A stretch of 64,000 nucleotides of DNA from Glaucostegus cemiculus (lineage: Eukaryota): contig CDPCPM010000367.1 in the NCBI GenBank assembly GCA_976551045.1, forward strand, positions 1,674,001 to 1,738,000, in the 5' to 3' direction. The notes below the pieces were generated by a model. The model was not told the DNA's origin. It searched no databases and saw only the letters and a list, made by a program, of their open reading frames with translations. Of this stretch, positions 38,601 to 51,854 are shown in pieces (the stretch's first letter is position 1; each line of letters starts with the position of its first letter). Made by a program: the position numbers and the translations under genes.

Positions 38601-39269
38601 GTTATGTTACAACTGTGTTAAATGGACTAGATTCATAACAGATCCAACAGCTCAGAACTGGGCATCCACAAGGCATAGTGGATTGACAGTAGCAGAACTG
38701 TTTTCTATCACTATCTACAACCACATTTCTTGAGGTACATGGTTTAGCGTTATCACAAAACCAGAGGACCACTACTGGCTCAGTTAGAAGTGCAGAAGAG
38801 CAGGATAGGAGCAGTACTAAGCATATTCAGTAATGAGGTAACAACCTAGTGAAGCTTCATCACTGAACCTTATAAATAGCATGCTATAGACAGAGCTAAA
38901 TAGACACACAACTAAAATTGTTAAATTGAATCAGTCCTGCTTTATCCAGTTGTGGCCTATGTTTATCATCTATGAAATGCATTGCAGCAACTCATCATGG
39001 CTTCTTTGAAAGGACTTCCAAAACACATAACTTGCTCCTCTAAGAATGGCAAGAGCAGCAGGTGCATGGGAACACTACCATCTTCAAGTTCCTTAAAGAA
39101 TACAACATCCAAAGCTGGAAGTACATCACTGCTCTGGATTGTCACTGGGTCAAAATCCTGCAACCTCTGGCTTACAACATGTTGGCTGTGCTTTCATATG
39201 GACTCCAGCAGTTCAGAAAGGCTGCTCATTAACACTCTGTCAAGGGCAAGTAAAGAGGATCAATAAAAG

Positions 39270-39402
39270 CAGGCCTGATGCAGGGTCTCAAACCCAAACA
39301 TCAAACATCCCTTTGCCTCCACAGATGCTGCCTGACCCATTGATTCCTTCCAGCAGTTTGTTTTTGCTCCAAATTACAGCATGTGTGGTCTCTTGTATCT
39401 GA
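39270..39402 (+). mobile_element. Penelope terminal-repeat arm with decayed hammerhead-like motif
   Basis: CCTGATGCAGGGTCTCAAACCCAAAC...CACAGATGCTGCCTGACC. Confidence 0.7.
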
Positions 39403-40884
39403 ATCTATATCCTATTTGTCAATGAAAAGTCAAAAGTTGTATTGTGAAGGTGTGGAGTTGTAGAAATAATTCCAGGTTTAGTTTTAGGAAACAGAGAAAG
39501 CATTGCTTCTGACCTTTAAATCAATAAAGTTGAGCCCATGATTTAATTTGGCCTTTAAAAGCAGCAAGTTTTGTTGCCTATGAAGCATTTGTTCACTATT
39601 TGCTTCCTTACTTTCTTAAAATAGCCATTATTATTAAACAAAATAACATACAGAACAAGCTGTTAATATAACCTTGCAAAGTAAGTTCCTCTGCCTCCCA
39701 GTGTAACCAAACCAAATGGCACATGTAATAGTTCCGATGCTGGCGCAATGCTCGCACTCTACCCCAACTTAAACTCTCTAACCCCAACCAATTTAAGTGG
39801 GCAAATTGGGAAAGGATTATAGTGCGGGACAATTTACACTGTAGCAGTACTGCAATACTGTCCATTTGTTGTCTCCACCTTTCCATCCCTTGCGTGTTTT
39901 CCTCATTCCATTTTGGCAAAGTAGTCACTATAGCTTCAATGTTTTCTTCACTAGGACTTTTCTATATGTCATTGCTCCCAGGAGGAATACAAAAACTCCT
40001 AATATCCAATCTCATTGGAGTTTTGCTAATTTTAAACATATATTGTCTGCTTCAATGCTCAGTAGCTTACATCTACAGCATCTATTGAACAAAGCATAAA
40101 TTTACATGTGCAACTGTGACAAGCTTCAACCAAATATATCACATTTGTACAGTTCTCTAGCATTTATTTCCATAATAATGAGACAGTTTAATGGCACGGC
40201 ACAAACATACTGAGTGACTTTTCAACAGTGTTGCCTTGTCAGCATTTTCAAGAGTCTGGATCATAATTATTTACATCAACATGTGGCACATTTGAAAAAT
40301 GACAGAAGGTAATACTATTCTGTTATTTTAATGGTTCACTCAGGGGTTTGAGAGACAGAATCAAGTTCTGCAAATTATCATAGTCTTAAATTGGAGAGCA
40401 TAGTTCCACTCAATAAATACTCAGTGAACTGTGCATAATGTACTATCATTCTCCAGAGTACTCAAGTAAGTATGAAGGCATATATTAGAATAGTGCAGGG
40501 AAATGACTTACCGGCCTTACAGCTTTTGATGGATAGGGGGCAGTAAATATTGCATTAATCCCTCTGATACTGTGATCAATTGTTTTTAACACTAAGATAA
40601 TAAAGAATCACAGTATGTTTAATGAATTGGGAGCCAGGGCATAATTATACTCGTACAAGTTATACATAAACCAAGTTGAATTTATTACTCAACCTATTCT
40701 AGAATTACACTTATCCAGTCAGATATCATATGCATGCAATTAAGCAACCTTCATTAGTATCCACTGCAACAACAACTTGCATTTATAGTGCATGCTTAGG
40801 ATAACAAAATGTTCCAAAGCACTTCACAAGAGAGATGTCAAACAAAAATTGCCACTGAGTTATGAGGACAGATGACCAAAAGCT

Positions 40885-41500
40885 TATGAACATACAAATT
40901 AGGAGCAGGAGTACACCATTCGACCCTTGTGCTCCTAATTAAATAAAATCATGGCTGATCTATGTGTAACCTCAACTGCCCATTCCCACTTGAAGAATTT
41001 GCCTTAAGTATGCCCAAAGATTCCATTGTTGGCCCATCCTTTGAGGAAAAGAATTTCAAAGACTCACAACACTGTGAGAGAAAATATGATGCTTCACCTC
41101 TGTGTTAAATGGGTAACCCTTTACTGTGGCCCCTAGCTCTAGGTTCTCCTACCAAGGGAAACAACACCTCCACATCTACTCTATTGAGACCGCTCAGAGA
41201 ACTATCAGTCAGTGACGGATTTTGAACAGTATCTTTAGCACAGAAAGGGAGGTTCCAGAACCTAGTGCTACACCTGTGGAAGCAGAAATATCATCGGCGA
41301 AGGGATTACATTCAGACATGGTAAGGCAGCACAAACTTCTCAGAGTGTTCTGGCACTGAAGGATGTTACAGAGATAGAAAGAAGTGAGACCATTGAGGTA
41401 ACTGGAAATGAGGATGGCAATTTTAATAGCAAGGCATTGTTAGACCAGGAGCCAGTGTTGCTCAGCAAGCACAGGGCTGACGTACAAACAGGACACGATA
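40885..41500 (-). mobile_element. Old CR1 3' end (to about 41200) followed by an old L2-like 3' fragment
   Basis: AATTAGGAGCAGGAGTA..CCATTC CR1 tail, then GGGAGGTTCCAGAACCTAG L2-like motif. Confidence 0.6.
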
Positions 41501-41509
41501 AATTGAGTA

Positions 41510-41745
41510 TGTGCTGAGCATCCTCATCAGCTTTCTGCTACCTGCCAGCCCACTGAGGTCCTTGTCTGAATCTTCAGTAGGACTCAGACAAGGTTGCACA
41601 CTGGGGAGCTGGCACCTAGGCAACATTTTCCATTGTCTTGTCTGCAGCTCACCTGTGTCTGGCGACTCACTATGCGCAGATCCAGCCCCTAAGCTAACCT
41701 CTTACAGCACATGAAGTGTCCTCTGTTTGGCGTCTGATCTTTGGA
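41510..41745 (-). mobile_element. Second Harbinger ORF2 remnant
   Basis: Minus strand reads TEDSDKDLSGLAGSRKLMRML, parallel to EDVDEDLKGEGWR/IDMRKEL at 2040-2100. Confidence 0.5.
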
Positions 41746-42477
41746 TAACTTCAGTTTTATGGAGAGTAAAACAAAGGAGGAGAAAAGATCAGACACCGAA
41801 TGTCAGAGGCGGACCATCCACGTGCTGTAAGAAGTTAGTTTAGGGGCTGGATTTTCCTTCATGTTGGTTCCTTCACTCTCTAGCACAGACCCAATGTGGA
41901 AATGATGTCTTTTGCACCCGGTCAGATCAGTCGGTGGTGGTGCTACCAAACTACTCATGGTGATCGACATTGACACCCCCACCCAGAGTACATTCCATGC
42001 CCTTTGCTACATCAAGTGCTTCTTCTTTTCAATATAGAGAAACACTGATTCATCAACTGACAGAGGAGTAAAGATGGTAATCTGAAGGAGGTTTCCTTGC
42101 CCACATTTGACCTGATGTCATAAGAGATCTGGGCTATTCCTTCACACTTGGAAACTATTATTTTTTTTCCCCTCTAGAGGATTGACTCTGCTGGTGGGAC
42201 AGTTTGTATCTAAAGTTTGTGATGGAGGAATCTGGCACATTTACTGTCAGGTATGATACAGTGAGAAAAAACTCTGCCAAGCTATTGTTTAACTAATCTG
42301 TGGAAAAACTCTCCTAGTTTATGCACTAACCACCCCCCCCCAAGATGTTTGTGAGGAGGACTCTGCAAGAGCTGCTGTTGTTAAATCAGCTGATTGATAT
42401 AACTTACCTACTCTGCATATTTCCAGATGGTGATAGTATGGTAAGCACTCATATCCTTCCCTATATGGTAGCAGACG

Positions 42478-43170
42478 TGACTTGTAGTGGTTCGTGTAAT
42501 GCTACGACAGTGCCAGTGACCTGAGTTCAATTTCTGCCACTGTTTGTAAGGGTTTTGTACGTTCTCCCCGTGTGTCTGCATGGGTTTCCTTCGGGTGCTC
42601 CGGTTTCCTCCCATATTCCAAAGACGTACAGGTTAGGAAGTTGTGGGCATGCTATGTTTGTCATGATTCTGAGTACTGGCCCTTGATTTGGTTCCTTAGA
42701 TGCCTCATTGTACAGCACATGGATTCCATGCTGGACTAATTGCATAATGACACACACCTGAGCCCCATCAGGGGCCTAGCATAAGTACCTGGGTTTCTCT
42801 AGCACTAGTTGCCAGAGTATTGGTCAACCTTTGGGTATACTTTGGCTCCTTGCTGCTTAGAGTGGTTAACTCTAGAGCAGTCCTGTGTTCTCTAGTCTTG
42901 CTCGAAGATTCAGCTTGTGTTGAGATTACTACTCAGATCTCCGAGGCAAGATTCCTTCCAGTTGCTGCCTGTGTTTGGTCCTGAGGAAGTATCCTGACTC
43001 CAGTCTTGTACCAGTGTGCTGCATTTGGGTTCTCTGTGAGCTTGCTCCTCAATCAACATTGTGACAATGTTGGCACCAGAAGAGTGGCAACACTTGTGGG
43101 CTGCCCCCAGCACATTCTCAAATGATGCATTTCTCTGTGTGTTTTGATGTGCATGTGACTAATAAATAAA
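42478..43170 (+). mobile_element. V-SINE split by a solo LTR
   Basis: SINE sequence GCATGCTATGTT|GGCACCAGAAG is continuous once 42659-43066 and one TSD copy are removed. Confidence 0.92.
42659..43066 (+). mobile_element. Solo LTR (408 bp), Gypsy-like
   Basis: TGTCA...TGACA inverted termini, 5-bp TSD ATGTT (42654-58 and 43067-71), TATA-like CATAAGTA at 42780, CTGCATTTGGGT near the 3' end. Confidence 0.9.
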
Positions 43171-44289
43171 TATCAATACCTTAAGAGTACATGCAAGGAT
43201 CAGGCACCAAAGTGGAAATTATTCATCACCAAACAACAAGCACCACACTGCTAAATTTTGCAACCAAAGTCTTGGGCTACAGAACCAGCCATTCATGAGT
43301 CCAGTCTCACTCTACCAGTCTGGAGAGTTTCAATTTAAAACTATCTGGATTCTGGAGGAAAAGAAACATGATTCCTTAATGAAGGTTGATATATGTTTTA
43401 TCTTGCCTCTATAATACTGCAGGGAAAGGATGATGGTATATTCATGAAATTTTTAACATTTCCATTAATGAGCTGAAAAACAAAAGTTCTACTTCACAGA
43501 TAGAACTGATTGTTAAGCTATTAAGGAAAGGCATTTCTGAATTATGATAATTAGCCAAAATTATGCAAATTAATGTAATTCAAAAATGAGTACTATACTA
43601 CATACTGTCCTTCTCATTTTTATAGGCATAGGATAGTATAATCATGATTGAAGAGATAACTCAAAAATGTGGCTAATTTACATACACAAAAGGTTAATAA
43701 TAAAATAGACTATCTTATTAACTGAAGCACGATTAAAGTTTTTTTTGGTTTGCAGATAATAAAATGAGTAATAATCTATGGGACAGCATAGTGTAAGATG
43801 GAAGTATTTGTGCTGTATTTAAAGGGAGTGCAATAGAACAATACTTCTGTAGAGATTAATTTATCAATTGTTAAGTATTCTGTTCATAAGTTTGGTACAT
43901 GGTTTAATACTTGTCAAAATACAAAAATAAATAGAATTCCTCAAAATATTAAGGGCAACTGTATTTGCTGCATGGTGACTGAAGCTATTCTACCCTGATA
44001 TTATCTTTGTGATGTAATAAATCAGATTAACATATATTCTGTCATGTCACCTACATACTAAAAAGAAATGTCCTGTCAGTTTTATCACGACAATGTTTAA
44101 TGTATATGTATACTAAATATATATAATGCGTGTAATCATGATACAAAGGATAAAAGATATACAGATTTTTAAAAGACTTTTTTGGTTGTGCATTATTATT
44201 TTCCAATTGGTGTGGGAACCCCTTCACAAGAATTAACCAGATAATGTGGGGCAGGTAAACCCAAACAAGGACATGTATCTTCTTGGAAG

Positions 44290-47200
44290 CATAGAGTCAT
44301 AGAGTAATAAGGCATGGAAACAGGCCCTTCAGCCCAACTGGTCCATGCCAACCACAGCACCCTTCCTGCTAATCCCAGTTGCCCGCATCCGGCCCATAAC
44401 CCTCCAAGCCCCTCCACTCCATGTACCTGTCCAAATGCCTCTTAAATATTACAATTGTACTTGCCTCAATCATTTCCTCTGGCAGCTAATTCCAGGTACT
44501 CACTATTCTCTGTGTAAAGAAGTTACCTCTCAGGTCCCTTTTAAATCTTGCCCCTCTTGTCTTGTACCTATGCCCTCCAGCATTGGACTCCCTAACCCTG
44601 GGGAAGAGACTGATCGTCCACCTTATCCATACCCCTCATGATTTTATAAACTTCTATGAAGTCACCCCTCATTCTCCTACACTCCAAGGAATAAATATCC
44701 AGCGTCGCCAACCTTTCCCTATAACTTAGGCCCTCTAGTCCAGGCAGCATCCTTATAAATCTCTTCTGCACCCCCTCCAGCTTGACAATGTCTTTCCTAC
44801 AACAGTGTGACCAAAACTGTACACAATACTCCAAGTGCGGCCTCACCAGTGACTTATACAACTGTAACATAATGTCCCTACTCCTAAACTTGATGTCCTG
44901 ACTGATGAAAGCTAGTGCACTAACCGCCTTCGTCACCACCCTGTCTACTTCTGTGGCAGCTTTCAGCGAACTGTGCACTCGTACTGCCAGGTCCCTCTGT
45001 TCCACAACATGCATCAGTGCCCTGCCATTCACTGTATAGGCCCTACCCTGGTTTGAATGTCCAAAATGCATCACCTCACAGTTGCCATTCCTCAGCCCAT
45101 ATTCCTAACTGATCAACATCTCCTTGCAACTCATTGTAACCTGCTTCACTAAAAACAAGTCCCCCTAAGTTAGTATCATCAGCAAACTTGCTAATCGTGC
45201 CATGTACACTCATATCCAAATCACTTCTGTACATAATGGATAACAGAGGTCCCAACACTGACCCCTGGGACATCCCACCTGTCACAGACCTCCAGTCGGA
45301 GAATCAACCATCAACCATCACCCTCTGCTTCCTATCATCAAGCCAATTCTGAATCCACCTCGCTAGCACACCCTGAATCCCATGTGACCTAACCTTGCAG
45401 ATCAGCCTGCCATGCAGGACATTGTCAAAGGCCTTACTAACATCCATTGCCCTACCTTCATCTCTCCCCTTAGTTACCTTCTCAAAAAACTCCCAAAAAT
45501 TTGTCAGATGTGACCTCCCACACTCAAAACCATGCTGACTATTCCTGATCAGGCCTTGACTATCCAAGTAATAGTAGATCTTGTCCCTCAGAAATCCCTC
45601 CACTAACTTCCATACAACTGAAGTCAGGTTGTAGTTCCCTGGCCTGTCTTTGCTACCCTTCTTGAACAACAGAACAACATTAGCCACCCTCCAGTCTTCT
45701 GGAACTTCACCATTAGCAAATGACGAAGCAAATGACTCAACAAGGGCCTCCGACATTTCTTCCCTGACCTCCCATAAGGTCTGGGGGTGCACTTGGTCAG
45801 GCCCTGGGGATCTGACCACCTTAATGCGCTGTAGGGCTGCAAAAACCTCCTTCCTTATAATTATGCATATGATCCAAGACTTGGATCATATGCATAATTA
45901 CCCTCATTTCTCTGGCATCCGTGATATTCTCTTTAGTTAACACTGAGGGGAAGTAGACATTAAAAATCTCGGCCATCTCCTATGGCTCCACACATAGGCA
46001 GCCCTGATAGTCCTTAAGAGGACCTAGTCTCACCTGAGTCATCTTGTTACTGTTAATATAACTTAAGAACTTCTTGGGATTTTCTTTAACCTTGCCTGCC
46101 AAATCCATCTCATACCATCTTTTTGCTCACCTGACTTCCCTCTTAAGCCTGATCTTAAACTTTTTATATTCGTCAAGGGATTCATTTGTATCCAGCTGCC
46201 TAAACACGATATATGCTTCTTTCTTTTTCCTGACCAGAGCCTCGATATCTCTCATCAGCCAGGGTTGCCTGAACTTGGTATGTCTACCCTTCATCCTAAC
46301 AAGAACATGTTGCCCCTGGATTCTTAATATGATCCTTTTAAAACCCTCCAGCTTGCCAACTGTTCTTTTGCCTTTGAATAGAATTACCCAGACGACCCCA
46401 GCTATATCCTGCTTAATGCCCTTAAATCTGGCCCAGATCCAGTTCAGGACTTTAACCTGTGGACCTGTTCTCTCTTTTTCTATAACTATTTTAAAACTAT
46501 TAAAATTGTGGTCACTACCCAAACTGCTTCCCAGCTGCCACTTCAGTTACTTGGCCTGCCTCGATCCCTAAGAGGAGGTCCAGTATTGCTCCTTCCCGAG
46601 CAGCTACCTTGAACTTACTTGACAAATTCCATGTCATCGATGCCCTTTTTCACTCTGCGTGGCCCAGTCGATACCAGGAAAACTGAAATCTCCCACAAGC
46701 ACTACCACTATTCTCACAGCTACATGCAATTTCTCGACATACCTGCTCCTCAAGTTCCCGCTGACTACTGGGGGGGTCTATAATATAGCTCTGCCAAGGT
46801 GACCGTCCCCTTCTTATTTCTAAGTTCTACCCAAATGGCCTCATTAGATGATCCTTCAAGAATATCCTCTCTAAACACTGCTGCTATGTCCTCCCTTATC
46901 AAAAAGGCAACTCCCCCTCCACTCTTACCTGTTCCTCCATCACGCCTACAACATCAGTATCCTGGAACATTGAGCTGCCAGTCCTGCCTTCTCTCAGCCG
47001 TGTTTCTATCATAGACGCAATATCCCAGTCCCTAGAGGCAATTCATGCTCTCAGTTTGAGCATCTTACCTGTTTAGCTACATGCATTGAAATAGATGCAA
47101 TTTAAAGCAGTGGTCCTATCTGCCCTTTTACTGTAAACATGGCTATCCTGATTACTAGGTCTTACACTCTTTGGATGCCGTACGTACTCCTGACTTCTCA
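44290..47200 (-). mobile_element. CR1 LINE spanning essentially all of ORF2 (APE endonuclease plus RT), degenerate
   Basis: LNCIYFNA start at about 47100, GSDHN endonuclease motif (ORF 46127-46522), RT ORFs 45304-45819, 45076-45285 (KFADD) and 44592-45074, (ACTCTATG)n tail. Confidence 0.95.
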
Positions 47201-47434
47201 CAGATTTTGCACTCCCCCACCCACCCCCTGCCCAGCCAATATCCAATGTATATTATATATTTTAAAAGTCTTTGAAGCCTATTGGATTAATCAGAAACAA
47301 CTCCCAGTGTGAAAGGTTGAAGGTAAAGAAATAGTTCATTTGGTGAAAGGTTAGAGAGAAAGGTACTAAGAGTGAGAGCATTGTATGCTGGAAAGCAATC
47401 CTTCCGACGTTTGGCTCATCTCTGCTTTTAAAGG

Positions 47435-47558
47435 TAAGATAAGATAAGATATCTTCATTAGTCACATGTACATCAAAATACACAGTGAAATACTATTTTT
47501 AGCATAGTGTCCTGGGGGCAGCCTGCGAGTGTCGCCATGCTTCTGGCACCAACATAGA
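47435..47558 (-). mobile_element. V-SINE 3' tail fragment
   Basis: (AAGAT)n plus TAGTCACATGTACATC tail. Confidence 0.85.
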
Positions 47559-47827
47559 TCAATAAACCTCACTATTATAAGCATTGATCTCTAATCTGTT
47601 TCCAATTGATCACAGAATCCACCTTCAGCAGCTTACAAACCAATTGTAATCAGTATCCTTATGAATTGCATAATTCTCAGCTAGATCAAAACATATCAAA
47701 ATCAGAAAAAAGTCTTTCCTTGATTAGGTAGAATAAGTTAAATGGAACACCTTGGGTTAAGAGTTAACTCAGTAGAAAATTCCAAACCCACTTAGGCATT
47801 ACAGGTTTTCTAAATGAAGACTTACAC

Positions 47828-48098
47828 AAGGTATCTTTACTAGTCACATGTACATCTAAACACACAGTGAACTGCACCTTTTGCGTAGTGTTCAGGGGAC
47901 AGCCCGCAAGGGTCACCACGTTTCTGGCACCAACATAGCATGCCCACAACTTCCTAACTGGAGGAAACCGAAGCACCCAGAGGAAACCCACGCAGACACA
48001 GGGAGAACGTACAAACTCCTAACAGACCGCAGCCAGTATTGAAGCTGGGTTGCTGGTGCTGTAATAGCATTACACTAACCGCAACACTACCGTGCTTG
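47828..48098 (-). mobile_element. V-SINE (Rex-like tail family)
   Basis: Full head to tail with a small internal deletion. Confidence 0.9.
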
Positions 48099-49879
48099 CT
48101 CAGACATTCACGTGTAAAGAAACCCCACTATGATAATAAGATTGTGGAAATATGTAAAGTTCCAGATCTATGGTTCATATTTAACTTTGTGATCTTACTG
48201 ATTTGGTAACCTACAAATATTACTAAAATGATTAATAAGTGTTGTTACAAACAGAACCAATTGAGCCGATCTTTATAGTAGGCTTCATCTCACCACAGCT
48301 AGCTCTCTAAGGCTGATAGCAGTGATCTGGTGGGGCAGAGGGGAGTGCAGGCAGTGGGCAAAGGTCTGGTGAAATACTTAATAGTTTAAAAATCTGACCA
48401 CTTCCAGTGTGGATCAGGAGATTGTTAACCAACCTGCTTCTCAGAGAGGAGTTGACCAATTATTTACTTCAATGAAGCAGACACCCACTAAATGAACCTG
48501 CTTTATGAGTTTAAACCTCATGACTAAGTTTCTAAAGGAATGCAGTAATGACTTCAGGGACCCATCACTGCATGGAAAGGAAAACAGGTAGCCTTTGCAC
48601 AGTATAGTCCTCTGAGAATTTGGCTTTTCTTCAGTGCCTCAACTTGAGAGTAGGTTGCCCAAGAGAAGACTGAAGACCACACCCCAAACCGACACCTTCC
48701 ATCATCTCTTCTTCCCGATGTGTGCAACACATGAATTCGGACAAGAAGGATTAAGCTCGCAGAAGTAGTAAAGAAGTCATATCGTTTGTGACTTGGACAA
48801 TCATTTAAGATGAAAGCAGTTGGGCGCTATGGCAGTTTAATCACAGTTTACAGAGGACGAACAATAGAAATGATATACCTTCTGAAATTACAAAATGATT
48901 TCTTCAATCCTTAGAGGGTAGCACACCAGAATATTTTAAGATGGCTCAGCACTATAAATATAATATATACTCTGATTTCTTAATAGTTATTCATTGACAC
49001 AATGGGCTTTGTACAAGATCTTCAATTAATATTTTGGACACACCTTGGGCCAATAAAGAACAACGATCATACCGGCATGCCTGCATGTTGCCTTCTGCTC
49101 AGAGTCCATCTTTTCCATTTTCACTCTTCTTGCAACTTTATTAATCCAGCATCCATCCCTCTGTCAGTTGTAGTCACCTGCTTCATGTCATCGTGCTGTC
49201 AGATATATGCAAAATAAAACTGAACATGGTGCTTCACAGATGGTGCATCAATGCACTTTGATGTGAGGTGTCAGCTCTTCTGCTGCCTCAATGACTAAAT
49301 TTGCGACTGTCTTTAACCAGTAACAAAACACAGATTTAGTGTTTCCTCCTCTTTTCCCTTCCTAGCTATTTGCACAGCAGTCTGTAGTCAGTATTGTGGG
49401 CAGGGGAACTGTTTGCAGCCTCATTAACAATGGCTTTACCAACACACTACCTGATAATTTGCAGCTGATGTTTCCAGACAGGAACCGGCAAATGTAATGT
49501 AAATTAAAACGATATGGCTGACCACAATATACTCTCCTCATCCCACGTTAAGCTGCATATTGTGCACAAAATAGAATCAGTGAACTTCCAAAGTTCTTAC
49601 TTTGCCCTAGTGAAGTTTTCATAATGAGATTCTCATTGCTACTAATATGGGCTTAACCCATACTGATATGGGTTTGCATTTAATATTGTGGGAAGTTAAC
49701 AGCACTTTTCAAAACTACACTACTGGTGTATAAAATGTAAAATGAAAACTAGTATTCTTAGGAAGAATATACTTACAACTCGTTTGCTCAAACTGGTCTC
49801 ATCAGGTTCACTGAGCTCCAGACCTAATTACAGTTCATGGCCCAGTGTTGGACAACAGAGTTCAATGCCAGGGGCGAGG

Positions 49880-50745
49880 TCAGAATATCCTTGATGTGAA
49901 AGCAGGAATTGAAAAAGTACATTATCAAGGAGCCCTGGTGAAAAACTAGGTCAATGGAGCAAACACTGGAACCATACACAAGCAAAGGGAGTCGGATGTG
50001 GCTTTAGAAAGCTAATCATGTCAGCACCAGAACATTGCTGTCCAAATTCCTCCAGAGAGTATCTTTGGCCCAACAATCTACAGTGGTTCCTTCATCATGA
50101 ATGGGAGGTTTTGTAATGACTGCAGTATGGCTACATGTAGCAAAACCTGGACACGTAGAGTAGCACAGCACAGACTGGACACAGGGTCATAGAGTCACAC
50201 AGCACAGAAACAGGTCCTTCAGTCCACATCGAGGATCAAGTTTATTTTACCTACATTTTAATCAGCTTCTCCACCCCCAAATTATACAATTCACCCACAC
50301 ACTAGTGGCAACTTTTAGTGGAAATTAACCTACCAACGGGCATGTCTTGGGATCACAGGAGGGACATGCAAACACCTCACAGACAGCACCAGAGGTCAGG
50401 ATAGTACCCAGGCTGCTGGAGACATTAGGCAGAAGCTCGATTGGCTGCACCTTTCAGGCATGGACTGAACACTCACAAGTGGCATCCAGGGTGCAAGTGC
50501 CAGGCAACGACCATCTCTGATAAATGAGAGATTAACCAGCTTCCCTTGACATTTAATTTTATTATCATCATCAAGATCTTGTGGATCACCACTGACCAGA
50601 AATTCAACTGGATGAGCCATGTAGATAGTCTGACAACAAGAGCAGGTCAGAAGATAGGTATCCTGAGGTAGATCACTCGTCTCCTGATGACTCAAGGCCT
50701 TTTTACGTCTATAAGGCACAGGTCAGGAGTTTGTTGGAATTACAG
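49880..50745 (+). mobile_element. Ancient CR1 RT fragment with an old V-SINE (about 50188-50450, minus strand) inserted
   Basis: LDVKA...QGALVK, TRAGQ.IGIL and YKAQVRS.LE motifs. Confidence 0.65.
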
Positions 50746-51739
50746 GAAAATGAAAAGTTAATGGCATAAGAGTATTCATTTAGGTGGTTTGTAATATGTT
50801 ACTATGTAATGTTCGAATATTCTAACTTTTAAACATATATTTGCTTAGAAAGTAGAGCTTTCCCTTTTTTGATGTGTTAATGTCTGAAGGAATTTGCAAA
50901 ACTGGCCAAAAACATGTTAAAAGTAGCAATACAGCATTTAGCACACAGATTCCTGCACTAAAATGGGACCCGTGCACTTCCCATTGGGACCTGTATGAAG
51001 AGTTCACAGCTGCTGTGTTATTGCTGTAGTCATCTCGGGTCAACGCTTAAAGAGCTCTACCCATGACAGCCACAGCACTGTGGCAGAAAAGGCTGCCATG
51101 GAGTTGAAGGAAAATGTGGGGGAGGGTCATGTTTCTCTCTTTTGTGTCTGACCCCTGCCAAACCCCATGTGATAAACTGGCCCGGTTGCCTCCCGTAACC
51201 CCAGTGGCTACAAGCCACTGCAGGCTGTGGACGAGGCAATGAGCCATGTTCATAAGTGTGTAGGTTCCATGTGACTGTGAAAAGGGCTGTGATCAGTGAA
51301 GCGAGCACTACAGATTAATTCCCCGTGATGCTACCCATAGACACCGATGCCCTGTGCAGGAAGTCATTGTGACCAGGCAGACCCTTTAATTGCCATGTCA
51401 TTCCCGATGACTGCACAATGTGCTGCTTGATCTTCCGTGAGTGAACAGTGCAATTGTAGGCTTCCTTGAAAAGCTCCATTTTCTTCCAGAAGCAGAAGAA
51501 GCATGTACTGTGTAATCTTTAACATCGTTAGCCATGCAACTCTCAGGCAAACATCAGCCATGCTGGGGGGACCAGGGATGGAAATATTAGAAGATTACAC
51601 AGTAATGTATTACAAAACACCCAAATGATACTCTTGTGCAATTAACTTTTCATCTTCCTGGAATTCCAACACAATCCTGACCTGTGCCTTAAAATGGCCT
51701 TTTGTCACCAGGAGACGAGTGATCTACCTCAATCTTCTG
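50648..51739. repeat. Long imperfect inverted repeat
   Basis: 50664-50822 aligns to the reverse complement of 51581-51731, with weaker similarity continuing to about 50940/51505. Confidence 0.9.
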
Positions 51740-51854
51740 TGGAACACCAACTAATCCAAATATGGCCACCAGTGGGGTCTAACATGGGGAACAATCCTCT
51801 ATACATTATGAACGTCCAGTGATTGGATCATTAAAGAAAAACATACACAATGGT

